From Chrysomallon squamiferum (Eukaryota > Animalia > Mollusca), in the NCBI GenBank assembly GCA_012295275.1, contig CM022665.1, positions 24,862,001-24,926,000 on the forward strand: a stretch of DNA of 64,000 nucleotides, read 5' to 3'. Below the pieces are notes generated by a model. That model was not told the origin of the DNA, made no database searches, and was given only the letters and a program-made list of their open reading frames with translations. The position numbers were made by a program, and so were the translations under genes. Each line of letters starts with the position of its first letter. Position 1 is the first letter of the stretch. Below are positions 51,072 through 64,000 of this stretch, in pieces.

Positions 51072-54049
51072 GAAAAGGACTAAGTAAAGTGCTGAAGTGC
51101 TGATTTAATTCTAGGAGTGGCTTTCCGCGCTCTCTGGCCCGTAACCTTGAATGTAGGATGACTAAAGAGAATGTTTTGCGAGTTTTATTCCGTCTTCCGT
51201 GGTTGTTTTAGCCAAACACGTGTCCAGTATATTTTGATATATAATTTTTTATATGGTTTTCAGGCCTGCGTGGAGTAAAATTTAAGTATGTGCGAACGGC
51301 AGAGAAAACATTCTTTTTACGTAACCAAAATAGTAATTAAATAACATCAGTATAAATATAAATATTAGTCATTGTTCTAAATTTATTATTTGCAGACACT
51401 TATGCTTGTAAATTTGGCTAAAAAAAAAAAAAAAAAAAAGAAGAAAAAAAACGATAGTGATAAAGTAGTCATCCGTTAACTACGTAACTGAAATGAACCT
51501 CTTAATTAAGTGGATCTATTTTAGATATATATATATCTTCTTTATTTTTATTTTTTTTCTCTCTTTAACTTAATTGAATGCAGCATTAATTAACATGAGA
51601 AAGTAACTTACTGTAGTTTAAACAACAATGATGACGATATAATATGATAATATAATATTTATCGAAGCAAAATATTTTATTTAACTCTTTACAAATAATA
51701 ATAATAATAATAATAATAATAGTAATAATAATAATGATAATGATAATAATAATAAAGACGTAGATAATAATCGCTATAATTCTAATGGTAATATAGTAAC
51801 GAGTCATTTTTGGCTATTGAAAACGTCAAGACGGTTCAAACTTAGACCAGGACGGAGTGGAGGAACAATAGTGTGTACTGTATTACCCAGATTTGTGTTA
51901 TCCTCAGTCTCACAGGAGCTGATAAACTTACAAATGTTATCAGTCTCAGTCACAGCAGCGCGCCGCTTAATGTCTCAAAAAGATTATTTCCCAGAGGGTT
52001 GTTTACACGATGATGATCGTGTGAGAAAATACTTCCAGGCATCCCCAGCTTTACCTTGGACACTACTGCAGCGATTTCTTTGTTTTTAAATCGTTAATTT
52101 GGTGATGGTGGTGGTGGTAGTGGTAGTAGTAGTAGTAACAGCAGTAGCAGCACGAAAGGGAGCAACAACAGTAGCAGTAGTCGCACTAATTGTTTTTCTA
52201 ATTTAGATGACGATGTTGATTTAGTCGAATATCAGTTTTTGTTACCAAAGAGTTTACCACTTCTTCTATCCATGCAGTAATCGATAGTTTGCTAGGCTAA
52301 AATGACCACGAGAATCGGTTTTGTTACTTTTTGAATGCGGAATTAACTGAAAACGAATTAAGTTTTCTTGTATTAAAATTTAAAAGGTATTACCTTTTTT
52401 TCGTAAGAAACTAAACAAACAAACGAAAAAAAAAAACCAACAAACAATAATGAAGAAAATGTCTATACGGGTTCATATGATTTATATATTGCAGCCTCCA
52501 ACTATATGGAAACTTTATTAGCACCGCATTAGTTACCAAAAGACTATAATATATCATATCTAAATTAAAATTAAAAAGGAATCTACCAAAAAAAAAAAAA
52601 AAAAAAAAAAAAATCGACAATAAAAAAAACACCAATAACAGCCTAAACTAATTACAGTAACAAGACAATATAATTATCGTACTGTATGTCCGAATATCAG
52701 AATGTGCAAACTAAAAGACCTAATTAACATAATTTATGATTCATAATTCGTAGCAGAATAACAGAAGAATTTGGTACGATGAATTTTTAATATATATTTT
52801 TTTGGTTGATAACTTCTTCATATTATAGTTGGTCTGCAGCTGGTATTCAGCTTATGTGTCGCAGACATGATCTTCAAAGCACGGGTGTAATGCTATACGT
52901 TTTATCATTTCATCACACTGCAATAAGCAAAACAAGTTTTCAAACACGTCATGGCTTTTGACCGTTATCTCGTATAACGCTGCACGGCTTTCGGTTTGCT
53001 GCTGGCCAAACTCTGATAACAGGGATCTATCTTAGACACTTTAACATGGCGATGTAAACCTTAGCACTATGAAAACAGCAGCCGTTAAAAACAGACACGC
53101 CTCGATAATAAAAACTTCATTTACTTTTTATTATTCAGAGAATATCTGAGGGAAATGTTGATTTTGTGTTAGAACGTCATTCAATCCGTTCAAGACAGAA
53201 GGCCATTGCGAAGTCCGAACCATATAGACAGACATGTACACATATGCCCAGACTCACAAACATACGTACGCATATACACACCACCACTCTCTTTATTTTA
53301 TTTTATTAGTAACACATTTTTACACAATTAGAAATTATTATTAATAATTTCCACATATCGTGCTAATCAGGAATGTACAGCTATTACAAGTAATTTCTAA
53401 AAATGTCAGTGAAAACACATCTCGTGTTTCTTTGTTGGCTGATTTTATAGACTTCTTTTTTATCTATAGATTACAGGTTAAGAATCTCTGATTCAGCATA
53501 TTATTTTTACTGCTTAATTCATTTTGTGTACTTTCATGTGATAGTTTTATTTGTTCTTGACACAACCTTTGCTAATAATAGTTTGACAGTAAAAATTAAA
53601 GGCGAAGAAGATACGTACTAGCTGCCATCCGTTGTTTTTTTCCTTGACGATGTAGTGTACATAAAAATGGTAAAAAAGAAAGAATTGGTAAAAGACTGAG
53701 TAAATTATTTATTGCCGTTTTAACGTATTTTAATTTATCTGTTATTGTTTCAAAAAAAAAAAAATTCCGGTGAACATATTACTTTTAAATAACTGCATTT
53801 TCAGCAAGTCATTGTATATTAAAACAATTCCACAAAACAATAAGCTGTCTGACCGGACTCAGCTCATCTTTTTTGGAATGTTTTCATTGTAGAAATGCCC
53901 CCAGGGTGTCACTTTGCATCAGTTCGTTTGATAACATCACTCACCAGATGTTAGCTGAAGTTAGGGGGCGCTTGCGGACAGATTTTCGTGATAATTACGA
54001 CCTCCCCATACCGCCCCTTCTGTTTTTATCAATTGTGAACTACGTCATG

Positions 54050-54141
<92 letters not shown>
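54050..54141. repeat. (CT)n microsatellite (others at ~55460-55577 and ~58987-59230)
   Basis: Perfect dinucleotide run. The other two tracts grade into longer polypyrimidine sequence. Confidence 0.95.
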
Positions 54142-54146
<5 letters not shown>

Positions 54147-55089
54147 ACTATTTAGGTTTTATTTTATATTTTCTTTTTATTATTACAAATTATGGTTTTC
54201 AATTTTATTTTTTTATTTTTTTTTGAAATGAAAAGATTCCTTTATGTAATATTCGTCTTGCGTATTTGCAGAAAAGCATGACGTGTTTTAAAAAACGTAA
54301 AAAGGTTAAACTTGTCCAAACTTGAGCAGCATGTCATGCTTGAGTGCAACTGTAATGATAAACATGATGTAGGAATTTGTAACTCTTGTCTGGAGATGTT
54401 ACGCAAAGAGTTTATCTGTGTGTAAATCGCTCCACTATAAACGTTGATGAAAGCAAAGAAATTTAAAGCCTGTTAACTGCTAGAACTAATTATTTTCAAA
54501 ATCATACGAAAAAATAAATGGGGTTCATGCTTACGTTTTTGAAATTCAGGTTTCTTCATCATCACGATAATTATTATTATTATTAAAATTAATGTATACT
54601 GAAATCTCTCTCTCTCTCTCTCTCACCATCCATCCATCCATCCATCCATCCAAGTAACTTTCTTAAAATAGGTTATTCAACAGAAAATATATTCTAAAGC
54701 GAGTATTCGACTATACACTTGTGATAAAATATAACTGTACTTTATTATGTGTTATATCAATGTTATTCAAACCTGTATTAACTTATTAATAATTTGTGGC
54801 CTTAATCCCAGGTAAAGGTTACGTCTTCCAGGCGAAATTGAATTTCTAATTCTCTTTGACCTAATGAAACGTAACATCATCAGAGTTATTATTTTTTACA
54901 GAACACTGTCCACGAATAATCGCTTTAGTTTCTGCTTTGTTAAAGACACGATAATTAATGCCTCATAATTTTCCAGTGTGATTTAAAGATAAGTATATTG
55001 TTTCTCTTTGTTCTCATTATTCGTCGGTTCTGGCAATGAAATAAGGGTTTAAATATCACTGTAGGTTTTCCTATTATTTGTTATTATTG

Positions 55090-55127
<38 letters not shown>

Positions 55128-55491
55128 ATAATTATATGTGTTGCATTTGTTTTGATGTTACTATTGTTTATTCCATTTCACCTCATTCACGATAAAACCA
55201 TATTTCAGAAAAGGTAATAATTAATTAAACTAAAATAAATATTTATCTTTCTTAAGTTGCCGTTGGCTTTTGATCGGTACATTAAGAATATATGAGTGTG
55301 AGAAAGACATTTCATGGCGTTGACATTGTAAAGTAATGGTCACTGATGCATAATTCCTAATTTCCATGGAAACCTAGTTTAATAGTCCACGAATCTAATG
55401 GTACTATTTATTGCAGTTAGATTATATCTTTATTATAAAACACACACACTCCCACTCACTCTCTCTCTCCCTCCCTCCCTTCCCTCTCTCC

Positions 55492-55580
<89 letters not shown>

Positions 55581-56060
55581 ATGGATATAAGCATTAGCAT
55601 GAACGTTTAAGATGCATTTATATATACTTAAGATAAATTTTGTGCAATGGATAGCAAAGATAATAAAAGTTACATTCTCTCAATCTTTCATTCCTTCTGT
55701 TTTTTCTGTCTTTCCGACTTATCGAACACAAAATCAAATTTTTTTTTTTTTGGGTTGGGGTTAATTAATTGCTGAATGGTGGTTGAAAATTCTTGACTCT
55801 GACGTCTCATCAGGTAAGCAGCTGGCACAAAATGCAAACTCACTAACGACCTACCGGCAGTACCTTGGCATTTATTTTAAATGTTTGGCATCGCAGTGTT
55901 CAGTAACGTCAGAGGATTACGACCGTCTGCTAATTTCTTTATGATGTAGATCTTGTGTTGTAACAGCTACTTACTTCACTGGTTTGCCACAAAAAACAAA
56001 TGTACACTTCACAATGCGAAGAGAAAGCAGCGGTGTTGTGTGATTTTGTTAGTGATAAAA

Positions 56061-56100
<40 letters not shown>

Positions 56101-56130
56101 GTGTTTATTCATTTACTTGTCACAGTATTG

Positions 56131-56180
<50 letters not shown>

Positions 56181-57367
56181 TGATGATGATGATGATGATG
56201 ATAAATAAAGATAACGACAACGACAACGTTGATAGTGATGGTGATGGCAGTGGTGGTGATGATTGTGATGGTGATGTTGTAATAGTAGGTCATGAAACTG
56301 GTTGATCGACATAAATCTGAATTATTTCACGACAGTCCTTCCAGTACATTTGTTTTAATTAACGAGTGAGCGACCTTTCCTTTATTTTATTCTATTTTTT
56401 CTAAATAAACGAAATAGCATTTCTACAAATGTGCACAGACAATACTGCTATAAGCAGATACAATTACTGGACTAGACATTAGGGGAAAACATTTAAGAAA
56501 GGTAATTTAAAACAAAAATAATATCTGACCTTTACTTTTGTGTTTGTGCTTCTTTAAGATACTGTTACGAATGATAATGACTTTGTTGTTGTTACTTGGA
56601 TTATATCTATTATCAGTAGCTTACAGCAGTATGAGGTCCTTTGTCTAACCCAGAGCACTGCTTTATTGAATTAGACCGTTAATTTGAATTACTTCTAATA
56701 ACTTTATCAGTCAGTTTAGTTTATGATAAGCAGGGGCGCTTTGATCACTGATCCTGCTCAGGGAACAAATTAACAATCACAAATAAACAAAAACAAAAGC
56801 AGTGAGATCAAAACAACACCACCTGTAAAAATAACAACCACAAAGGCAGCAAAAAAGCGACAACAGAGACAGCAACAGCAAAAGAAACAACGGTAACAAA
56901 AGCAGAACCAGCAACAGTAACAACAAACTTCTTCTTTTTTTTTTTTTTTTTTTTTTTTTTTGTAACATTATTTGTTAAGAGTATATTGCTGCGTAGAAAA
57001 CACTTATTTTTAAACAATATGCTGCAATAACTACGCAGCCAGAATAAAATAGTGAATAAATTACATGCAGATAGGATCGGCAATGTTGAGAAAGTAGGAA
57101 TTTATAAATACAGATCTCAAAGGCTACTACGGAATTAGATACCATTCGGATCATTAGTTACAAATACACTATTACAAGCCTATGTACGTAACAGTAAAAT
57201 AATTTCCTGAGTGGAAAATTAAGTTATACAATATTCGTGTCAGAAGATAAATTCTCTCTTGCAGTTTGTTATCAAGCTCTCTGGGGATAAAAAAAAAGAA
57301 AACAAAAACACCCCCAAAAAACAAACAACAACAACAACAACAACAACAAATAATAAATTATAATTTT

Positions 57368-57535
57368 CAAAGAAATGTTTTATTTAATGACGTACTTAAC
57401 ACATTTTAATTACGGTTAAGGACAACTCGCATAACTCACTTCCACCACTTCATGCGCTATTATTTTCTATTAGCAGTTATCGAGCACTCGCTGGAACGGG
57501 AAATACTTCAGTGGTTCCACTACGTTCGACTCCTT
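57368..57535 (-). mobile_element. Degenerate SINE of the same family (further fragments ~40310-40400 -, 44035-44190 -, 46180-46500 +, 63420-63530 +)
   Basis: aaagaaatgttttatttaatgacgtacttaacacattttaattacggtta ... attagcag ... ctggaacgggaaata. The block tagaacgggaaatacagagtggg at ~44131 shares sequence with this copy. Confidence 0.55.
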
Positions 57536-58985
57536 GGAAGGATTCACTGGTATTTCAGCTAGACGGGTAGACGTTAAACTGCCAGCTAGCTTTGTCAAGA
57601 CGGGTCTGCGATTTTAATTGACAAATTATTTAAAGAATAATGCGTAATATTACGTTAATGATTATGTATTCTCGGAAGACTGGTTTTCAAAACGTTCATA
57701 ATGTTAATATGGTTTTATATGGGATGTTGTAATGTTGAATTATCAATTAGCTAGTCCCAGTACCATCATAATACGCTTTACTGTTTTAGCCTTTGAGACA
57801 GTACGATATAAACCAGCTGGTAAGGTCAGATATATAGTGCAACTGTCATTTACTTGTGTTATTACTGACCTCCGAATATCGTATGAATTGCAAGAATGGA
57901 ATGTAACGATAGTCCTTTTTCAGGTCTGTAACCTGTACTTACAATGCGACAAACCGTGATAAGATTTCCTCAGAAGACAGTGTTGTTAAGATGTTTTTGA
58001 AACAAATGACATTTAGAATTAATATATTTAGTAAAGACCTTCTAAATTATCTTTTATGATCCAAGAAAGTAAGTAATAAACCGCGCGAAAGGCGAAAAAT
58101 ATCGTATACCTCTAAGAAGCATGCTTTGATTTGGCGTAATACATTTGTAAACTCATAACAGTAACTTTTTAATTCTGGTTCATGGTCATATTTGAGGTGT
58201 AGAGTAACAGTAGGATAGTTGTGATAAAGTTAATGATACTTACAACGTTTGAATTTATTTCTGATAATTTATCTCTATAAAGAGGAGCCAAAGGAGGAAG
58301 GATAGGAGCCATACATAAATGCAGGTAGGTAGGTATGTAGGTATACAGACTGACAGAGAGACAGACAGGTATGAAGACAGACATTATATAGGTAGGTAAA
58401 AAGATAGATAAAATAAAAAGACATCAATGGAGAGAATGTCGCTTTTTTTTTTCTTACAGTATTTACTGCAGACGTATTTAAAAATAAATACCTGATTGAA
58501 AGTGGAGATACATACACTGATATTTATTTCACTGGCACAACTTGCAACCAACTAACCTTGACTTCTGGGAGATAGTCCAAGAACAACATGCATTGTGGTT
58601 TCCTACTATGTCGGTCTTTGTAAGTAAATTACAAAGGATTATGTGAAAGCTACGGCACTAAAGTGCCACTGACGTCAGAGCATTGTTGACGTCATCAAGT
58701 CTATTAGCCAAAGAAATTTGTCGCTTTTTTGTCGGATTTAGCTGCTTTATGATTAAAAATAAAAATATTAAGCTATGAAATAACAAAATAAAACAAAGAA
58801 ACAAGTAAATAGATAACAACAAAAACAACAAGAAGAGAAGATCATTTGCAGTTACAACAACAATAATAATAATAAATGAGCCGATAGAACAAAGATGAGG
58901 ATACATCCTTCTATTACAGTCATATATTAATCAACTAACAATATTGTAAATCTAGGCATAATCGACTAAATGATAGCACGATGTT

Positions 58986-59073
<88 letters not shown>

Positions 59074-60438
59074 CTCCCCTCCCCCTCCCTCCCTCCTCCC
59101 TCTCTCCCCCTCCCTCTCTCTATCTGTGTTGTCTGTTTTCTATATCTGTGTGTCTTTTCCTTCCATCTTTCCTTCTTTCCCCTCTCTCTTCTCTTATCCT
59201 GTTCCTATCACATCATCCTCCTCCTCCTCCACTTCTCGTCTCTTGTCGTTAACGTACATTTAAACCACGAATGGTGGCAAAACTGTCGCGCCGTACAGTT
59301 GCTGTTCGGAGGTTGTGTAGCAACACATAGCGTGTAAATCCGATCCCCTGGGTCCCGACCAGCAGCTGTTCTGTGTACATGCTTGGAATCCCAGACACAC
59401 TTAATAGTTTTCCATTTTCTTGTAACACTATTGCAGCACACACGTGCTACATGCACTTGAACGAATGACATTCTGTAACATAATCGACGATGTATGCTCC
59501 AGTATTTCAAAAGAAAACGAAATGATTTACAACACAACGAGCAAGCTTAAAGTATTTGCTTCATCACTCGTGTGGCTGTCAACTGCGGCGTTCCTCTGGA
59601 TGATTATGATGATGTAAAGAACCATCATGTACTTGATCGGCTTCAGTTTTTAATAAAAGAAGAGTTGAGCAAGTAGAAGCAGAAAACATAAGCTAAAACT
59701 TTTGATACAGATGTTTAGAATGTCTGGTGACAAGTACTTCTATGGCAGCGTAAAAGAGATTTAAGCTGTCCATGTGAACATTTATTTTTTTCCTTCGTTT
59801 GATTAAGAAATTCCGTTGATAAATATTTACTTAATATTTTATTTATTTATATATTATCACAGTTTATAATTTATTTTATGTTGAAGAGCGATTATAAAAG
59901 TTCATGTGAAACGTACGTTAAGCCTTTTTGTTTATTGTTTATTTGTTTTTACTTATCAAATTGGATTGTATTATCTGCACTTGGTTTGGAACACGTTGAA
60001 CTAGACAGAAAAAAATTATCACGTCTTGATAAAATTACCTGACACTAACTACTCTACTCTTTTAAGTCATCTTGACATTTAAACAAGCAAATAAATGTTA
60101 AGCTTTTTTTTTACTTTTCATTTTTTAAGCCGTTTACACGAAGTTTATTAACTTATTAAACTTTTGGCTCGCTAGTTTATTACCAAAAACCGATAAAATT
60201 ATCTTTATTTATTTTACATTCTACATGCTTTTTAAAATTGTATACACATATATATATGCGCTCGCGCAAGCACACGTACACCCCCCACACACACACTCAT
60301 ATGCACACATACATATACGCACACACGCACGCACGCACGCACGCACACACATTTATTTGCTGACAGGATGGATATTCAACATGCTTTTCTTTGAAGAACT
60401 ATTACAAAGAAACCTCCATTTTCTTTTCCTTTTCCTTT

Positions 60439-60479
<41 letters not shown>

Positions 60480-61701
60480 CTGATGACTTTTCCAGACATG
60501 GATTAAATTACTTTTGTGTTTTTTTCGTTATCATGTAGGGTCTTTTCCTTTTCCGTGTTTTCAATTTCACAGTTATTCTTTTCTCGTGTACAAATTGTCA
60601 TTAATTTGCTTGTTAATGGTTCATTTAAGAAAGAAGAAACACTAACACGGTTTATAATTATTACTGGAGTTCAGTCTACTGTCTGGTCTGACGTCCACTT
60701 CGACTTTGTAATTTTAAAACTGCTGAAAGAAATAATCTCACTGACCCACCAGTGTAGCACATATAATAACTGGGGTTTTATTTTCATTTTTTTTTATTAT
60801 TATTTTTTTTTAACTTCCCATCTCCAAATACAATTTATGTATTTATTGCCAGATATGGATATACTAGGATATTCAACGCTGGAGTATTTTAAATCAATAA
60901 TTTTCTCATGTTACTGTTTGAAAAACATAGTATAGAAGTTTTAAACAAAATAAAATAAAATAAAATAAAATTATATATATATAATCTCATAGTGTGCAAA
61001 ATTGTTTACTAAAATCGATTTGAAAATCTCTCTACTGGCATTTTACCAAAATATATTATTGTTACATAAATAAATAAATACTTAAATACATACATACATA
61101 AATAAATAAATAAATAAATTCTATTTAACGCAGCCAAGTTCCCCACCTGTACATACTTCGTACGCAATGCCCGACAACCTCTTCTCAGTATGTATGTTCT
61201 TCAGTACACTGAGGAGGAGGCGACCCTACTGTGCGTCCAGGGGGGTGTCTGTAAACACGCAGGGATGGACGGTGTGTCTGCACCTAGCAATCACTGAAAA
61301 CGGCGCCACTTGTCATGTACATGACATGGTATACCAGTTTACTTCATTTTTTGTCAGATCAGTTGATGCCAGTAGGTGCCTGAAATCAAAACAATGTTAT
61401 CTGTGATAGTGCAAATCTTTAGAAGTGTTTCTAGCTAAATTAACGAACTTTTACCAGACAAAGAAGAGCCCAGCATACAATATTTGTAAATAGTGTTAAT
61501 ACAAGTAAATTATATGAGTGCAGTTTCAGGTCGTTTTTGGAACAGTTTTATTTTTTTTTTTTGGTTGGTTGTTTGTTACATTTTCATCATTGTACTTGTT
61601 TTTTCGCTTAAGTTGTTTTTTTTATTGTTGTTTTGTTCCTTTTTTTTTTTTTTTTTTTTTTTTTTTCCATTTCGATATCGCAAAAAGAGAAGACACTCGT
61701 A

Positions 61702-61809
<108 letters not shown>

Positions 61810-61858
61810 TATAACATAAATAAATAAATTAAAATTAAAATTAAAAAATTAAAAAGTC

Positions 61859-61890
<32 letters not shown>

Positions 61891-61925
61891 TAATAATGAA
61901 ACAGCTACAAAAACACTTGCACAAG

Positions 61926-61973
<48 letters not shown>

Positions 61974-62833
61974 TTACTGCAATTAAATCTACTTAAAGCA
62001 ATCATACCTTTCAAATACATATATATGAGAAAAAAAAAATCCTAATTAATATGTACTTTTTCATAATGACGTCTCAGTTTTCTTGTTTGAAGCGTATTAG
62101 AAGTTACGAGATGTCTTTGTCTCCTGTCAGCATGACATAGATTCTTGTCTTTGCCGTCGTTCGTTTTGTGAATAATAACCTCTCCTACGCGCACATTTCT
62201 GTCATTCCCAGGCTAAGAACCGTTACACAACATGTGTGTTCGGTATTCCACATGGTCAGCGCTCCCAGAATACAATTAACAGAATTATTGTGGTAACGGC
62301 ATTCTGTGTACAGTATTTCTAACGGTTGCTTAAGATGGCGAGTTCCTATTTCTTCATCATCATCATCATCATCATCATCATAGCAGTAGCAGTAGTTCTA
62401 ATAATACTAGTGCTAATAATAATAATGGTAGTAGTGGTAGCAGTAGTAGAAGGTGTAGTAGTAATAGTAGTTGTTGTAGTAACAACTACAACAGTAATAG
62501 TAGGTCTAGTAATAGAAAACGGAATAATAAAAGATTCCTCTTCGCCTAAATGTAAATAAATAAATAAATAAATAAATAATCATTAAAGTGATGCAGAGCT
62601 TGTTCGAATGAAATCGAGTAGGGTTATTTTGCAGTTAATAATCCCAAGATTGACTGTATTAATGTTATATTACTTTGTTCTATTATTAATTTGATTTTGG
62701 TTATTGCTGTTGTTTTTGTTGATTTTTATTTCTTCTTCTTCTTCTTTTTTTTTTTTTTTTTTTTTTTTATTATTATTTTTTTTGAATAAATTATAAATTT
62801 TTTAATATTTTTATTTTCCTTTTTTTCCTTCTT

Positions 62834-62866
<33 letters not shown>

Positions 62867-64000
62867 TTATTTGTTTTTAATATTTTTATTTCAATTTTTT
62901 TTTTTTTTTATATGTTGTAAAAGGGACATTTAATCGGCTCTAGTAAAGCATTCTTTAATCTAAATCTTGACAACTTCTGTACTGTAATGCTGATATCTCG
63001 TATCACGGGAGGTAATTGGCCGTGTGATATGATTTGGTTTCTCTAATAAAGCATGCATGTTCGTGCAACGTTTGACAAGAACGAGTCAGCTGTTTTAACT
63101 GTTGTTTCAGGCTGTTGCCTGTCGTTCACGGCGAATGGATTAATTATTCAGCCCATGTCTTGTACGCTGATAAAAACCTAAAATCTCCAATCTGTAAGCG
63201 ATACCTACAAAGATACATTTTTATAATTTATGTGTCTGTTGTTAAGTTTGAGCTGTGATACGTATTTACGAAACATCAATTAATTTTTAAAGTTTAATAA
63301 TTAACGTTCGTATTTGGTGTATTTTTTTTTATTTTTTTTTTTAAGGAGTCTGAGGGTAGGGGTACGGAAACAGTTGGAGCAGGTTTAGTAGCTTTAAGTG
63401 CGCCCCTTATTCAATTTTTCTGTTGCAGTGGTTTCTCCGTGAATTACCAAAAGGCGTGGTTGGTTATTCTTCGTGCACATAGAAGTAACTCAGATAAACT
63501 GGAAATGTTCTTTCTTTTGCTTGTTTATATAAATAAGTAATACAAAGAGTACCTTATAATCGCAGACATTTAGATTTTTGTTAAAAATACATTCATTCAT
63601 TGACAGTTGTTATGTCTGTTGTCGTATTAAACATTTCATTGTTTTTCTTGTTTTATAACCATAGCAAAATTATAATGTCAGTTAAAATCACAAAGTGTGA
63701 TATAAATCATAGACATGTTTAAATAAATTAGAAGAGAGAATAAATCATTGTCTGAACTGAAATGAATGAATAAATAAAAGTTTGAAGATAACTCAGTACA
63801 AAAATAAATGCGCTGCTAAGTGTCAGACGGGTAAATATTTGAATACTTTGTTTAAAATTTAAATTTATATGGTTTTGCAAAAAGTCGATGACGCTTCAAG
63901 CAAGTGTTTTTATTAACATCTTCATTAGTTTTGTGCTTTCTAAAATAAAGCAGCAACCACAACAGCACAAAATATTCAAACTTCACTGTTCACATCAGTT

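Overview
AT-rich, microsatellite-laden eukaryotic DNA, most likely a mollusc (inferred from degenerate Meta/MESC-type SINEs and the protein type). About 3-39.3 kb holds a cluster of one family of small secreted Gly/Tyr/Met-rich structural-type proteins. There are nine full-length genes (7 on +, 2 on -; three carry frameshifts that may be assembly errors) and two decayed pseudogenes. Six + genes lie in a very recent ~3.6-kb head-to-tail array (about 6.55-26.87 kb), whose spacer carries a Tc1/mariner (DD37D/maT-like) transposase relic. The full-length genes share one plan: AGGTCA-box/TATA promoter (most with a reverse CCAAT), short non-coding exon 1, whole CDS in exon 2, an intron 10 nt after the stop, and a non-coding exon 3 with AATAAA. 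The proteins have a signal peptide, a GGY block, 0, 9-10 or about 42 Met-rich pentapeptides, and an invariant C-terminal YGR. The right part has two apparently divergent GC-rich first exons and the signal-peptide exon of an unrelated Cys-containing secreted or membrane protein (49181-49306), followed by what looks like a long intron. All coordinates and identities were read by eye.
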